A DNA stretch of 64,000 nucleotides from Minisyncoccota bacterium (GCA_035548315.1 DASZTF010000044.1:31484-95483), one strand, 5' to 3'. Positions 46,139 to 56,024 are shown, numbered from the stretch's first letter. Numbers and translations are program-made. The notes: generated by a model from the sequence alone, not told the origin.

Positions 46139-47017
46139 ATGGCACGGGAAAGCGCCCGCAAGAAACCTCGAGTGTCGAGAATGAAGAAGCTCCCGATCAA
46201 GCACTGGAGCCACTCGAGCCTCATGGCGTACCTGCGGAACCCACTGGCCTGGTACAAGCGGTACGTGGAGGAGGTCTACGACACGCCCTCGACCCCGTCG
46301 TCGGTGATCGGCCGGGCGGCCCACTACGCGATGGAGCTCTACTACACCGGCCGTCCTAAGGAAGAGGCAGTCGCACGCGGGAAGGAATATATGCGCGGCG
46401 TGTCGGACTTCGAGATCAACTTCGGCCGCGCGAAGAGCAAGAAAGCGAAGAAAGAAAAGCGCGCCGCGATGGAGCGTGAGTACGAACAGGCGGTGCGATT
46501 CTATCTCGAGAAACCGCCGCGGCACCGCGTGGTGGGCGTGGAAGTGCGCGGGCTCGTGCAAGTAGAAGGCCTCCCGCTCCCGATCAAAGCAATATCGGAC
46601 CTCGTGGTGGAGTCGAGGGCGGAGAAGGGAGCGCTCGACATCGTGGACCATAAATTCGTCGACTCGTTCAGCGTCAAGAAAGAGGCGAAGGCGCTGTTCA
46701 TCATTCAAGCGATTTTCAACTACTACACCATACGCGAGCTGTATGGGAAGCCGGTGCGCCGGTTCATCGTGTACGAGTGCAAGAAGTCGCGGAACGCGGG
46801 CGGGCAGCCCCAGCTGCGCCGCTATGTGATCGATTACCGGGACGCCGGAGAATACTTCGCGCTTTTCCACCGGCTCGTGAACGACGCGACCGAGGAGTTG
46901 CGCTATCGGCGTGTATTCTTGCCGAACCCCTCTGACATGTTCGAGGGCGATCATTCGTTCGACCTCTACCGGCTCGATCTCGCTGGTGATGAGACAGAGG
47001 ACGATGTCCGTGATTAG
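46139..47017 (+). CDS. PD-(D/E)XK nuclease superfamily protein (RecB/Cas4-like fold)
   Basis: N-terminal HWSHSSLMAYLRNPLAWYKRYV resembles the SxSxLxxYxxCPxxY opening of Cas4/RecB-like nucleases. The core has ISDLVV ... LDIVDHKF (D...D-x-K). Basic N-terminus. Confidence 0.6.
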   Translation: MARESARKKPRVSRMKKLPIKHWSHSSLMAYLRNPLAWYKRYVEEVYDTPSTPSSVIGRAAHYAMELYYTGRPKEEAVARGKEYMRGVSDFEINFGRAKSKKAKKEKRAAMEREYEQAVRFYLEKPPRHRVVGVEVRGLVQVEGLPLPIKAISDLVVESRAEKGALDIVDHKFVDSFSVKKEAKALFIIQAIFNYYTIRELYGKPVRRFIVYECKKSRNAGGQPQLRRYVIDYRDAGEYFALFHRLVNDATEELRYRRVFLPNPSDMFEGDHSFDLYRLDLAGDETEDDVRD

Positions 47018-47688
47018 GAGGCGGGTACCTTCGCGAGCAGGGTATCGATGAGCTGCTGCATTTGGCTATAGGAGAATGCGCCCTGTATGGGGATCGTCGC
47101 GTGGCCCTCGATGAATACGACCGTGTAGGGTGCGCCTGACGCGCCTGCACTGAGGGCGTCTTTCGTTTGTGCAGCCACGAGTGGCGCATAGGTCTGGCTG
47201 GCAAGACAGGAAGCAAATGAGGTGGAGTCTATCCCGAGCGGCGTGATGAATGGTGCATACGACGCTGCGCCGCTGAGCCCATCAGCACTACCGCTCGCCG
47301 CTACCGTGTCAATAAATTTGAAGAACGTATTGGTCCCCCCGAGCGCACCCACGCATTCTGACGCTTCGGCTAGCTCCTCGGCGTTCGCGTATTGATCAGT
47401 AAGCGGCAGGTGGCGGTAGACCCACGCGACACTGCCGTTCTTGCCGTACGCGGCGATCACATTCTCCATGACCGTTTGGAAGCTTCTGCAGTACGGCGAC
47501 TCGATATCGCAGTATTCAACAAACACGATGGGTGCTGCCGGATCGCCGAGGATATGGTCGGTCGTGGTGACGGGCGAGAGGCTCGCCGGTGAACTCGAGG
47601 GTTTCTGATCTACGAAAAAGTACCACCCGATCCCAAGGAGTATCAGGGCGATGACGACAATGACTATCCAGATCGCGGTCCGACGCAT
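47014..47688 (-). CDS. Membrane-anchored DsbA-like thioredoxin-fold protein with atypical active site
   Basis: N-terminal TM. FVEYCDIESPYCRSF aligns with the DsbA/BdbD F.D..CPYC..F motif, but the motif reads C-x6-C (SPYC). Confidence 0.6.
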   Translation of the reverse strand: MRRTAIWIVIVVIALILLGIGWYFFVDQKPSSSPASLSPVTTTDHILGDPAAPIVFVEYCDIESPYCRSFQTVMENVIAAYGKNGSVAWVYRHLPLTDQYANAEELAEASECVGALGGTNTFFKFIDTVAASGSADGLSGAASYAPFITPLGIDSTSFASCLASQTYAPLVAAQTKDALSAGASGAPYTVVFIEGHATIPIQGAFSYSQMQQLIDTLLAKVPAS

Positions 47689-47703
47689 GCAAGTACGATA
47701 CCA

Positions 47704-48282
47704 CTAAAAAGGGAGCGTATGCGTCATCGATGCGGCCTCGCTTTCCTTGCGCCACGCAGAGGTGTCGAGCTTGATATCGCGGAGCTGGTTCAAATCCTTG
47801 TACTTTACGGCGCTGTGTTTGAGAGCGTAGTCGTAGAGCTCGCGGGTGAGGCGCACATCCATAAGGCAGTACTCTTTTACTTTGTCTCGGAGGCCCTGAT
47901 CCCACCAGGTACCGGCGAGCGCGCCTTCGCCGATCTTGCCTTTCCCAAGTGTCGCTTGTGCGAGCGAGTCGAGGCGCAGCCGCCGGCCGAGCGCTCGGTA
48001 CACCTCTGCCATAAGGTCGAGCGAGCGGATTTTGGTAAGATCGCCGGGGTAGTAGCGGTTGAGGAGCGGAATATCAAAGTAGTCGGAGTTGTAGCCGATC
48101 AGCATATCGGCGCGCTCGAGCACGGGCCAGAGCTTGGGTAGTTCCTCGCGCTCGTACGCGACGTATTCTCCGGTCTCAGAGTCGTGGACGCCCACCACGA
48201 TGAGCTCCATTTCGTTGATATCGAGACGCCCGCGCACGGGGGACGTCGAACGGGTCTCGATATCGAACGTAATTTCCCGCAT
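47704..48282 (-). CDS. DEDD-family 3'-5' exonuclease (DnaQ/RNase T-like fold)
   Basis: Exo I FDIETRS, Exo II YNSDYFDIPLL and Exo III-like EYCLMDVRLTRELY. 192 aa. Confidence 0.65.
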   Translation of the reverse strand: MREITFDIETRSTSPVRGRLDINEMELIVVGVHDSETGEYVAYEREELPKLWPVLERADMLIGYNSDYFDIPLLNRYYPGDLTKIRSLDLMAEVYRALGRRLRLDSLAQATLGKGKIGEGALAGTWWDQGLRDKVKEYCLMDVRLTRELYDYALKHSAVKYKDLNQLRDIKLDTSAWRKESEAASMTHTLPF

Positions 48283-48283
48283 G

Positions 48284-49546
48284 CTAGTGCATTACCCGCG
48301 CCGCCACTTCTCCACGCGGGATTTCTTCCTCCGAACTCGTTGCGAGCGTTTTGAGTCGCACCGTGCCGGTTTCCGCTTCGTTCTTACCAAATGCGGCAAA
48401 GTAGGGAATGCCGCGCTTCACGGCTTCCTTAACTTGGTCGCCGAGCGACTTTTCGGCCAGGTTCATGAATACGCGGACGCCGCTTTTACGCAGTTCGTCG
48501 GCAAACGACCGCGCTGCCGGAAGGTCTTCAGGGCTCGGTGTGCCGACGTAGATGTCAGCGCTTGCGGCGATATGTACCGCATAGCCGTGCGTGGTGAGGA
48601 AGTCCATGAGCGTGACATCCCCGAAGGCGAATCCGACCGCAGGGATGGGATCACCACCAAAGAGTGTGACGAGACCATCATAGCGACCACCGCCAAAGAG
48701 CGAGCGTGCGTTCTCGGGATTGGTGTCGAATATTTCAAACACGGTGCCGGTGTAGTAGTCGAAGCCGCGCACGACATCGAGATCGAGGACGGCGTTACCG
48801 ACACTGCGCGCCTTGAGCGTTTCGATGAATGATTCGAGGCGCGCTTTTTCCGCCGCGACGCCCGCATCCGTACCCGCCTCAATGACGGCGAGAGGATCTG
48901 CCGTGAATTCTTTGCGTGCCGATTCAAATTCTTCCTTGCTCATCTTTGATTTGCGGTCGATGAGCTGCCAGTAATGGCGGGCGTGTTCACCTTCAGCAAG
49001 ACCGGCAACTTCCGATGCGAGGCGCAGCAGCTTGCGCGAGTTTACGTGGATAGAAAAGTCTGCTTCCGATGCGCCAAATGCGATGAGAAGGTCGTGCGCG
49101 AGCGTGACCATTTCAAGATCGGCTTCGCCCTCTGGAAGACCCACGAGGTCGATGTCGGTCTGGTAGAACTCGCGGAGGCGGCCCTTTTGCATGCGTTCGT
49201 AGCGGAAACGGTTACCAATTGAGAACCAACGGAGGGGATAGGTGAGCTCGCGGCGCTTAGCGGCCACCATGCGCGCAAGCGATGGTGTCATCTCGGGACG
49301 CAGCGTGACGCGGCGATCGCCGCGGTCGGTGAAGGTATAGGTCTGCTCGTTCACAATTTCCTCGTTCCCCTTGCTCTCGTAGAGTTCCGCGCGCTCGAGT
49401 GGGGAAGCGTTGTACTCCTCATAGCCGTAGGAGGCGAGGAGTTCACGGGTGCGGTTAAAGAGGGCCTGCATCTTCCCCCAATCGGCGGGGTAGAAATCGC
49501 GCACGCCCTTATAAGGCTCGGTGGAAAGCGGCTGCCGGTCGGTCAT
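48284..49546 (-). CDS. hisS: Histidine--tRNA ligase
   Basis: Class IIa motifs (RDFYPADW, YERMQKGRLREFYQ, GGGRYDGL) and a C-terminal anticodon-binding domain. Confidence 0.9.
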   Translation of the reverse strand: MTDRQPLSTEPYKGVRDFYPADWGKMQALFNRTRELLASYGYEEYNASPLERAELYESKGNEEIVNEQTYTFTDRGDRRVTLRPEMTPSLARMVAAKRRELTYPLRWFSIGNRFRYERMQKGRLREFYQTDIDLVGLPEGEADLEMVTLAHDLLIAFGASEADFSIHVNSRKLLRLASEVAGLAEGEHARHYWQLIDRKSKMSKEEFESARKEFTADPLAVIEAGTDAGVAAEKARLESFIETLKARSVGNAVLDLDVVRGFDYYTGTVFEIFDTNPENARSLFGGGRYDGLVTLFGGDPIPAVGFAFGDVTLMDFLTTHGYAVHIAASADIYVGTPSPEDLPAARSFADELRKSGVRVFMNLAEKSLGDQVKEAVKRGIPYFAAFGKNEAETGTVRLKTLATSSEEEIPRGEVAARVMH

Positions 49547-49569
49547 TTAGGCAGTTTACCACGCCTTAT

Positions 49570-50124
49570 TTACGGCTGGGCAGTCGGATGGAGCGCCGAG
49601 ATTTCGCGGAGGATGAGGTCGCGGATGCCCTCGGGATTCGGGATGCCACCCATCAAAAAGTGCTGCGAGGCGTCGCCTGCGGTCTCGACCCGGAGCGTGC
49701 CGTAGCCAAAAAGCGTGGGGAAGAGTCCGTTCACATCGGTCGTGACGTCTTGCACATGACCCAAGAGGAAGCTCGAGACGTGTCGGTCGAAGAACCCATA
49801 CTGATGGATATCCACGATGCGGGTGGTGGTAATGACCCATTGGTCGAGATAGTAGCGCGTGAATGTGTTAAAGGTGCCGGTCCACAGCACGAGCCAGTAG
49901 AGCCCGAGGGCGAGCCGCATGAGGGGATTACTGAGACTGAGATCACCGGTCACACCGCTTGCAAATGATGGGTTTGCGGCGATCAGTCCAGATGCAAATG
50001 AAAGAACAAAAAGCGGCACGAGCGCCAGGATGAAGTAGGGGAGGAGCTCAAGGGTAAAGACGAACCAGTGCTTGCGCACCGCAAGCGTGATGGATTCTCC
50101 GGGTTCGAGGGTGAATTCTTCCAT
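49570..50124 (-). CDS. Bacterial PH-domain membrane protein (YdbS/DUF304-like)
   Basis: Two N-terminal TM helices, then a bPH_2-like fold (YYLDQWVITTTRIVDIHQ...GYGTLRVETAGD). Confidence 0.65.
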   Translation of the reverse strand: MEEFTLEPGESITLAVRKHWFVFTLELLPYFILALVPLFVLSFASGLIAANPSFASGVTGDLSLSNPLMRLALGLYWLVLWTGTFNTFTRYYLDQWVITTTRIVDIHQYGFFDRHVSSFLLGHVQDVTTDVNGLFPTLFGYGTLRVETAGDASQHFLMGGIPNPEGIRDLILREISALHPTAQP

Positions 50125-50127
50125 ATA

Positions 50128-50382
50128 TTAGAGGCCGGTCGCGGCAAAGCCGATAAGTGCGAGCGATACGAATATGTGCACACAAATCGCAGGTATCGCG
50201 ATCGGTGAGCGGTGTCCGTAGCGCATCCAGTGGTACACGGCGATGGCGCTATATATAAGCACAAGCGCGATCGCGAACCAGAACAACGCGAACGCTACCG
50301 TGCTCACATTTGCCACGCCGAAGGTGGATGAAAAGAGCGACGGGAACTGCGGTGCGAGGACGAGCGTCGTCGTGCTGTGCAT
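50128..50382 (-). CDS. Small two-TM membrane protein, hypothetical
   Basis: Two hydrophobic helices. ATG 3 nt after the prmC stop; ends 3 nt before the bPH gene. Confidence 0.45.
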   Translation of the reverse strand: MHSTTTLVLAPQFPSLFSSTFGVANVSTVAFALFWFAIALVLIYSAIAVYHWMRYGHRSPIAIPAICVHIFVSLALIGFAATGL

Positions 50383-50385
50383 GCG

Positions 50386-51126
50386 CTAATAGTATCCCAC
50401 GACGAGGCGTGGTCTCCCATAGGGGTCCGTGCGTAACTCCGCGCGCAAAGCGCGCGCGGCGATGAGCGCTTCGGCGACAGAGGCATGCTCGCTGTCGCAC
50501 TCGAGCCATAGTTCGCCGCCCACAGTGAGGTGCCTCGGTGCTTCTGCGGCAATGCGGCGGATAAGTCCGAGCCCGTCTGCACCCGCTCGCAGCGCTTCGC
50601 GGGGTTCGAAGTCCGTTACGCTCGCATCGAGCGCGCGCTCATCGGGAATATAGGGCGGGTTCGCGGCGATAATGTCGAAGCGCTCGCCTGCAAGCGGGGC
50701 AAAAAGATCGCCGGTGTGCACCTGCGCCCGCGATTCGTCGAGACCATTCTCGCGGATATTTTTCCGAATAGTCTGTTCGTGTTCTGGTATGAGTTCTGCA
50801 AATGTCACCTGTACGTTGGGGACGTGTTTCAGCACTGCGCAGCCGACGGCGCCCGAGCCCGCACAGAGGTCAAGTACGCGCATCGGGCGGTCCCCGATGT
50901 AGTTGAGCAGCTCCTCGGTCCACCACTCAGTCTCGGGTCGGGGGATAAGCGGCTTAGAGTCGAGGTGGATGCGAAGCCCCAAAAATGGCTGCCACCCGAT
51001 GACGTACGCCAGCGGCTCGCCTGCGGCGAGCCGGCCCTTGTCCGTCTCAAGTTCGCTGCTGTCGGCGTGACCTTCGTATTTCTCGCGGATGAGCCACGCG
51101 GTGTCGGTATCCATGGAGTTGAGCAT
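50386..51126 (-). CDS. prmC: Release-factor glutamine N5-methyltransferase (HemK family)
   Basis: SAM motif VLDLCAGSGAVG and catalytic NPPY. Start taken at the internal Met (MLNSMDTDTAW) so as not to overlap the upstream RRM gene. Confidence 0.75.
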   Translation of the reverse strand: MLNSMDTDTAWLIREKYEGHADSSELETDKGRLAAGEPLAYVIGWQPFLGLRIHLDSKPLIPRPETEWWTEELLNYIGDRPMRVLDLCAGSGAVGCAVLKHVPNVQVTFAELIPEHEQTIRKNIRENGLDESRAQVHTGDLFAPLAGERFDIIAANPPYIPDERALDASVTDFEPREALRAGADGLGLIRRIAAEAPRHLTVGGELWLECDSEHASVAEALIAARALRAELRTDPYGRPRLVVGYY

Positions 51127-51184
51127 ACTCGATACGATAAAGAAAAACACCCGCCGGAGCGGGTGCTTTTCTATACATCGGGAT

Positions 51185-51553
51185 TTAGTAGCTGCTGCCG
51201 CCGAATCCGCCGCGATCGCCTCCGCGACCACCGCCGAATCCGCCGCCGTAACCGCCTCCGCGATTACCACCGAAACCGCCGCGATCACCTGCCGGGCGTT
51301 CACCCTGCGGGCGCGCGAACGATACGGAGAGGGTGCGTCCACCGAACTCCTTACCGTCCCAGCGATCGATAGCAGCCTGGGCCATAGCCTCGTCTGCCAT
51401 TTCCACGAAACCGAATCCGCGGGAGCGGCCGGTCATGCGGTCAGTGATAATGCTTACCGACGAGACCGTGCCTGCCTCTTCAAAGGCTGCGCGGAGCTCA
51501 TCTTCAGTCGAGCGGTAAGGAATACCGCCGATGTACAACTTATTGGTTGCCAT
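51185..51553 (-). CDS. RRM-domain RNA-binding protein with Gly/Arg-rich C-terminal tail
   Basis: RNP2 KLYIGGI, RNP1 RGFGFVEM, and the tail GGFGGNRGGGYGGGFGGGRGGDRGGFGG. Confidence 0.8.
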   Translation of the reverse strand: MATNKLYIGGIPYRSTEDELRAAFEEAGTVSSVSIITDRMTGRSRGFGFVEMADEAMAQAAIDRWDGKEFGGRTLSVSFARPQGERPAGDRGGFGGNRGGGYGGGFGGGRGGDRGGFGGSSY

Positions 51554-51699
51554 GTGGCTTGAATGATTTTTTAACCTCGCTCTCACAAGACACTTTTGGG
51601 CATCTCGGCCGAGAAGCTCACGTTGCTGCGAGTTAGGCTGATTATGCTACAGAGTAGGAAAATATGCAACTTGGCAAGTACCGAGTGTGGATAAGGCAC

Positions 51700-52926
51700 T
51701 TATTCGTAGCGTAACGCATCGATAGGGTTCATGCGGGCGGCGCGGCGGGCGGGGTACCAGCCGAAGCCCACGCCGATTGCTGCCGATACGCCGAACGCGA
51801 GCAGGATCGAGGAGATAGAGACCTGGGGGGAGAGCAGTCCGGTAAGCGATATGCCGAACGACACCAACCACCCGAGTATGACGCCCGTAACGCCGCCGAT
51901 CATGGTGAGGGCAAGCGCCTCAAGCAGGAACTGGCGGTTGATATCGCTACTTGAGGCGCCGACGGCCTTGCGCAAACCGATTTCGCGCGTGCGCTCCGTC
52001 ACCGTAGTGAGCATCATGTTCATGATGCCGATACCGCCCACGACGAGACTGATGCCAGCGACCGCTGCGAGGAGCAATGTGAACGTGCCGGTGACCGATG
52101 ACGCCGTCGAAATAATGTCCGCTTGATTCAGGATGCTAAAGTCGGCATTTGCCGCATCGGCGAGGTGGTGCTGCGCAAGGAGCAAATCGGTGACATCGCT
52201 CTGTACCTGCGTCATGTCGGCGCTATCCGCAGCCTGGATATCAATAGAGGTAAGGTAGGCATCACCGGCGAAATATCGTCCGGCTGTGGTGTAGGGGATG
52301 TAGATCATATCGTCCTGGTTCGTGAATCCCGATCCACCTTTCGCGACCGTGACGCCGATCACGGTGAAGAGCTGCCCCTTGATGCGGATACTCTGGCCGA
52401 TAGCATCCGCCGCCGTAGCGGTATCGCCAAAAAGGTCGGTCACCGTCGTGGGACCAAGTACGGCAACCTTCGAGAGCGCTGCAGCGTGGCTCGCCGTAAT
52501 GAACGATCCCTGATCGATTGATACATTGCGTATCGTCGCATATGTGGGGGAGACGCCGTCCACGGTGGTGTTGGTGTTCGTGCCCTTGGCGGTCACTTGG
52601 TAGCGGCCCGACACCTCTTCCGCGACTTCTGAAATACCGGCCACCTGCGCGGTAATTGCTTGTGCGTCCTCGATGGTAAGCGTCTTGCTACTGCCACGGC
52701 CGGCCGAGACACCAGCCGTGCGGGTCGCGCCAGGATACACAATGAGCAGGTTACTACCGAGCGATTCTATCGATGACTGAATCGTCGCTTGGGCACCATT
52801 CCCGATCGAGACCATCGCGATCACCGACGCGATGCCGATCACGATGCCGAGTATGGTGAGACCCGAGCGGACTTTATTGGCCGAGAGTGCGGTCGCTGTT
52901 TCTTCAAAAGTGTCGCGGAGTTTCAT
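51700..52926 (-). CDS. ABC transporter permease, MacB/FtsX family
   Basis: N-terminal TM plus large periplasmic domain (MacB_PCD-like), and a C-terminal FtsX 3-TM bundle. Start MKLRD 2 nt after the ATPase stop. Confidence 0.8.
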   Translation of the reverse strand: MKLRDTFEETATALSANKVRSGLTILGIVIGIASVIAMVSIGNGAQATIQSSIESLGSNLLIVYPGATRTAGVSAGRGSSKTLTIEDAQAITAQVAGISEVAEEVSGRYQVTAKGTNTNTTVDGVSPTYATIRNVSIDQGSFITASHAAALSKVAVLGPTTVTDLFGDTATAADAIGQSIRIKGQLFTVIGVTVAKGGSGFTNQDDMIYIPYTTAGRYFAGDAYLTSIDIQAADSADMTQVQSDVTDLLLAQHHLADAANADFSILNQADIISTASSVTGTFTLLLAAVAGISLVVGGIGIMNMMLTTVTERTREIGLRKAVGASSSDINRQFLLEALALTMIGGVTGVILGWLVSFGISLTGLLSPQVSISSILLAFGVSAAIGVGFGWYPARRAARMNPIDALRYE

Positions 52927-52927
52927 A

Positions 52928-53629
52928 TTATTTTTTGCCGTCGGCCCGCGCGGTCGGTGTGTCACTCACGATGCGTCCGTCTTTCACGCGGATTATGCGC
53001 TTGGCATGCTCTGCCACGTCCTCTTCGTGGGTAATGATGACCACGGTGCGGCCGTGTTCCTCGTTCAATTTTTGAAACGTTTCGAGTACTACCTCAGTAG
53101 TTTTGCTGTCGAGGTTCCCCGTTGGCTCGTCAGCAAGTACGAGTGACGGTTCATTCACAAGCGCGCGTGCGATAGCCACGCGCTGGATCTGACCGCCCGA
53201 GAGCTGGTTCGATTTATGGGTGAACAGCGACTCATCGAGTCCCGCAGCGCGCAGCGAAGCACGTGCACGCAGATCGCGTTCGGCCTCGGGTACGTCGGCG
53301 TACACCAAGGGCAGCATCACATTACGCAGCACGGTGGTGCGCGGAAGAAGATTGAACGCCTGGAACACGAACCCTATGCGGCGCTTCCTGATGTCAGCGA
53401 GCTCGTCGGCGGTGAGCGTGGAAACGTCTTCGCCATCGAGTACATAGGTGCCAGACGTAGGCGTGTCGAGTGCGCCCAGAATATGCATGAGCGTCGACTT
53501 ACCAGATCCCGAGGGGCCCATGATCGCCACAAATTCGCCATCCGTGATGGTGAAGGACACCCCAGAAAGCGCATGGGTCTCGATGTCTCCCGTGTGGTAC
53601 GTCTTCCTAATGTCGCGGACCTCGATCAT
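52928..53629 (-). CDS. ABC transporter ATP-binding protein (MacB/LolD-like)
   Basis: Walker A GPSGSGKST, signature LSGGQIQR, Walker B LVLADEPTGNLD, and an H-loop. Confidence 0.9.
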   Translation of the reverse strand: MIEVRDIRKTYHTGDIETHALSGVSFTITDGEFVAIMGPSGSGKSTLMHILGALDTPTSGTYVLDGEDVSTLTADELADIRKRRIGFVFQAFNLLPRTTVLRNVMLPLVYADVPEAERDLRARASLRAAGLDESLFTHKSNQLSGGQIQRVAIARALVNEPSLVLADEPTGNLDSKTTEVVLETFQKLNEEHGRTVVIITHEEDVAEHAKRIIRVKDGRIVSDTPTARADGKK

Positions 53630-53631
53630 GG

Positions 53632-55500
53632 CTATCCGCCAGCGCGGAATACGGCCGCGCCACCGCCGAACCCTCCGGCGGGGCGTGCGGTGCCAGCACC
53701 GAATCCGCCAGTAGTACGCGTGGTGCCCGAGGTCGTGGCGCTCGCGGTCGTCCCGGTCTTAGTCGCCGTGACCACCAGCTGTCCTCCTACAAGCCCCTGC
53801 ACGATCTGGGTTTCGGTGTCGTTACTGATGCCGACTTCAACGGGCACACGGGTCACGGTCACGCTCGAGGCGTCGACGGTTTCCGTGGAGGCTGCGCCGC
53901 CGCGCACTGAGCCTCCGGCGAATGCGCGTGTCGAGGAACTTGTGGAATCCGTCTCCATACGCGGGCTCGTGGTCGCAGTATCGCTCGTGGTAGAAGCGTA
54001 GCGACCGAATGCGCGCGTGGTGGTCGCGAGTGCCGGTGCCCCCGTGGTTACGACTTGCACGTAACTTTTGCCACCGACGGTCGTCACCGCAGAGCTCGGG
54101 ACGATGATCGCGTCATCGACCGATGAGGTCGTGATCACCGCATCTACGGTCATGCCGGGTTTCACTCGGGCGTCTTGGGTATCAAAGGCGATCTTCGCGT
54201 CGTAGGTCACCACTCCGTTGCTGACCGTACCCACGCTGTCGATTTCTGCTACCGTACCCGCGATCGTGAGACCGTCGACTGCGTCAAAGGTGAGCGTCGC
54301 CTTCTGACCGTTCTGCACTTTAGCCGCATCGACTTCGTTTAGCGAGAGGTCCGCGTACTCTTCATTCGTAATAAGCGTGGCGACGGCGCCCGAGGCCTGG
54401 TCGTGGACTTGGACATCGACTTTTGCAATTGTCCCGTCAAACGGTGCCACCACGACGTAATTAGCGAGGGTGGTCTTTGCGTCCGCGACGGCGTTCTCGG
54501 CTTTGGTGAGTGCGAGTTGCGCCGACTGGATATCAAGCGGCGTCGAACCGGCATTACCAAGCGTCGCGGTCGATGATTCGAAGCTCGTCTTCGCCGTATA
54601 GACATTCGAGACCGCGTTCGTCATCGTTGTATCGTCGTTCGCGATAGTAGAAAGTTTGCCGGTAAAAGATGCGGGAATGGTGACGTCGTTGCGGGTGAGT
54701 TTGTCGTTTACTGCCGTCATCGTCGTGTGGGTGAGGCTAGTCGCGCTCGCGGCGTCGGTTGCGGCCTGATACGCGGCCGTCGCCAGGTGTTCGATATCGC
54801 TGTCGGAGGAGGTGGGGGAGATGCCGATGGCGGCGGTGAGTGCTGCCTGGTAGGAAGCTTCGGCTGCTTGGTACGCACTCTTAATCTGGCTGCGTGCCGC
54901 ATCCCCCTCGCTCCCGCCGATCACGCTCGCGAACGCATCAATGCCGAGCTGGTTCTGATGTTCTGGAATAGAGGAGATTTGATAGAGCGTGCTGTTGAGG
55001 TCCTTGAGGACGCTCGATGCGTCCGTGATAGCACTCGACGCTGCTGAGAATGCGTCACCTGAGGCTTTGGTTTTACTCGTGCCTGCGCTCGTCACGGCTT
55101 GCTGGTACGTGATCTGCGCACTCACGAGCGAGGCTTCAGCGTCGCGCAGGGATTCTGCCGCGGTTGTATCATCGACGCGTGCAATGACGGTGCCCGCAGA
55201 TACGGTGTCGCCGGCTTTCACTCCTACATAGGTCACCTCGCCGGATGACTTTGGCGTAAGTTCGAGGGTCTGGTTGGCCGCCACCTGGCCACTCCCAGTC
55301 ACGCTCGCGGTGAGCGTACCGTGGCGAGCCGCTGTGACTACATACTGCGTGCCGGCTGCCGCATTCTGGTAGTGCGCGTACACCGCATAGCCGCCGAGCA
55401 GCACGATCACAAGCATGACCGCGCTCCATACTTTATGCGCGCGCACCCAACTCAGGAGATGGCTAATGCGATTCTTGAGGGTGGTAAAAAATGAAGTCAT
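53632..55500 (-). CDS. Periplasmic adaptor (HlyD/MacA-like membrane fusion protein) with ~130-aa Gly/Thr/Ala-rich low-complexity C-terminal tail
   Basis: N-terminal TM, alpha-hairpin coiled-coil, then lipoyl and beta-barrel segments. Tail ...TGTTASATTSGTTRTTGGFGAGTARPAGGFGGG. Forms an adaptor-ATPase-permease operon. Confidence 0.7.
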   Translation of the reverse strand: MTSFFTTLKNRISHLLSWVRAHKVWSAVMLVIVLLGGYAVYAHYQNAAAGTQYVVTAARHGTLTASVTGSGQVAANQTLELTPKSSGEVTYVGVKAGDTVSAGTVIARVDDTTAAESLRDAEASLVSAQITYQQAVTSAGTSKTKASGDAFSAASSAITDASSVLKDLNSTLYQISSIPEHQNQLGIDAFASVIGGSEGDAARSQIKSAYQAAEASYQAALTAAIGISPTSSDSDIEHLATAAYQAATDAASATSLTHTTMTAVNDKLTRNDVTIPASFTGKLSTIANDDTTMTNAVSNVYTAKTSFESSTATLGNAGSTPLDIQSAQLALTKAENAVADAKTTLANYVVVAPFDGTIAKVDVQVHDQASGAVATLITNEEYADLSLNEVDAAKVQNGQKATLTFDAVDGLTIAGTVAEIDSVGTVSNGVVTYDAKIAFDTQDARVKPGMTVDAVITTSSVDDAIIVPSSAVTTVGGKSYVQVVTTGAPALATTTRAFGRYASTTSDTATTSPRMETDSTSSSTRAFAGGSVRGGAASTETVDASSVTVTRVPVEVGISNDTETQIVQGLVGGQLVVTATKTGTTASATTSGTTRTTGGFGAGTARPAGGFGGGAAVFRAGG

Positions 55501-55533
55501 ATGCAGCATGAATACGCGTGAATAATGAGCCTT

Positions 55534-56019
55534 CTACTTCTGGCTCGTGCTCGAGCTGTTCGGTGCTGCACCCGGCGGGGGCAGGACACGGATCAGAGTC
55601 GCGTCCACAGTGCCGTCGTCGGTCGGGCTGCCGAGCACCACGACGTATTGCCCGATCGAGAGATCGCTCGGCGCAAGTGATTTGTTGCCGTCGCGGACGA
55701 TAGTGTCGTCGTTGGTGACGATGATGCGTTCGGGCCCGCTGCCGCCCGCGATGACGAACGTGGGGAGCGTGAGGTCGATGATGCGGCCGTTCGCCCCGTG
55801 TGGATTCGGCACCCCGGTGCCAGGCATCCCGAGCATCATGCTGGGGCCGAAGTTCCGATCGTAATTTTCTTCCCAATGGCCCGCGTACTCGGCTTTATGG
55901 AAACCGACCGCGACGCCTGCTTCAAAGATAAAGACGGCGATCACCAAGCACCCGATACCGACGAGGATCGGTACGAAGCGGGGCGAGTTCATAAATGCGG
56001 AGATGCTTTTGGGATCCAT
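55534..56019 (-). CDS. Hypothetical membrane-anchored protein
   Basis: TM (FVPILVGIGCLVIAVFIF) plus ~110-aa extracytoplasmic domain. Last gene of the ECF sigma operon. Confidence 0.4.
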   Translation of the reverse strand: MDPKSISAFMNSPRFVPILVGIGCLVIAVFIFEAGVAVGFHKAEYAGHWEENYDRNFGPSMMLGMPGTGVPNPHGANGRIIDLTLPTFVIAGGSGPERIIVTNDDTIVRDGNKSLAPSDLSIGQYVVVLGSPTDDGTVDATLIRVLPPPGAAPNSSSTSQK

Positions 56020-56024
56020 AGTGA

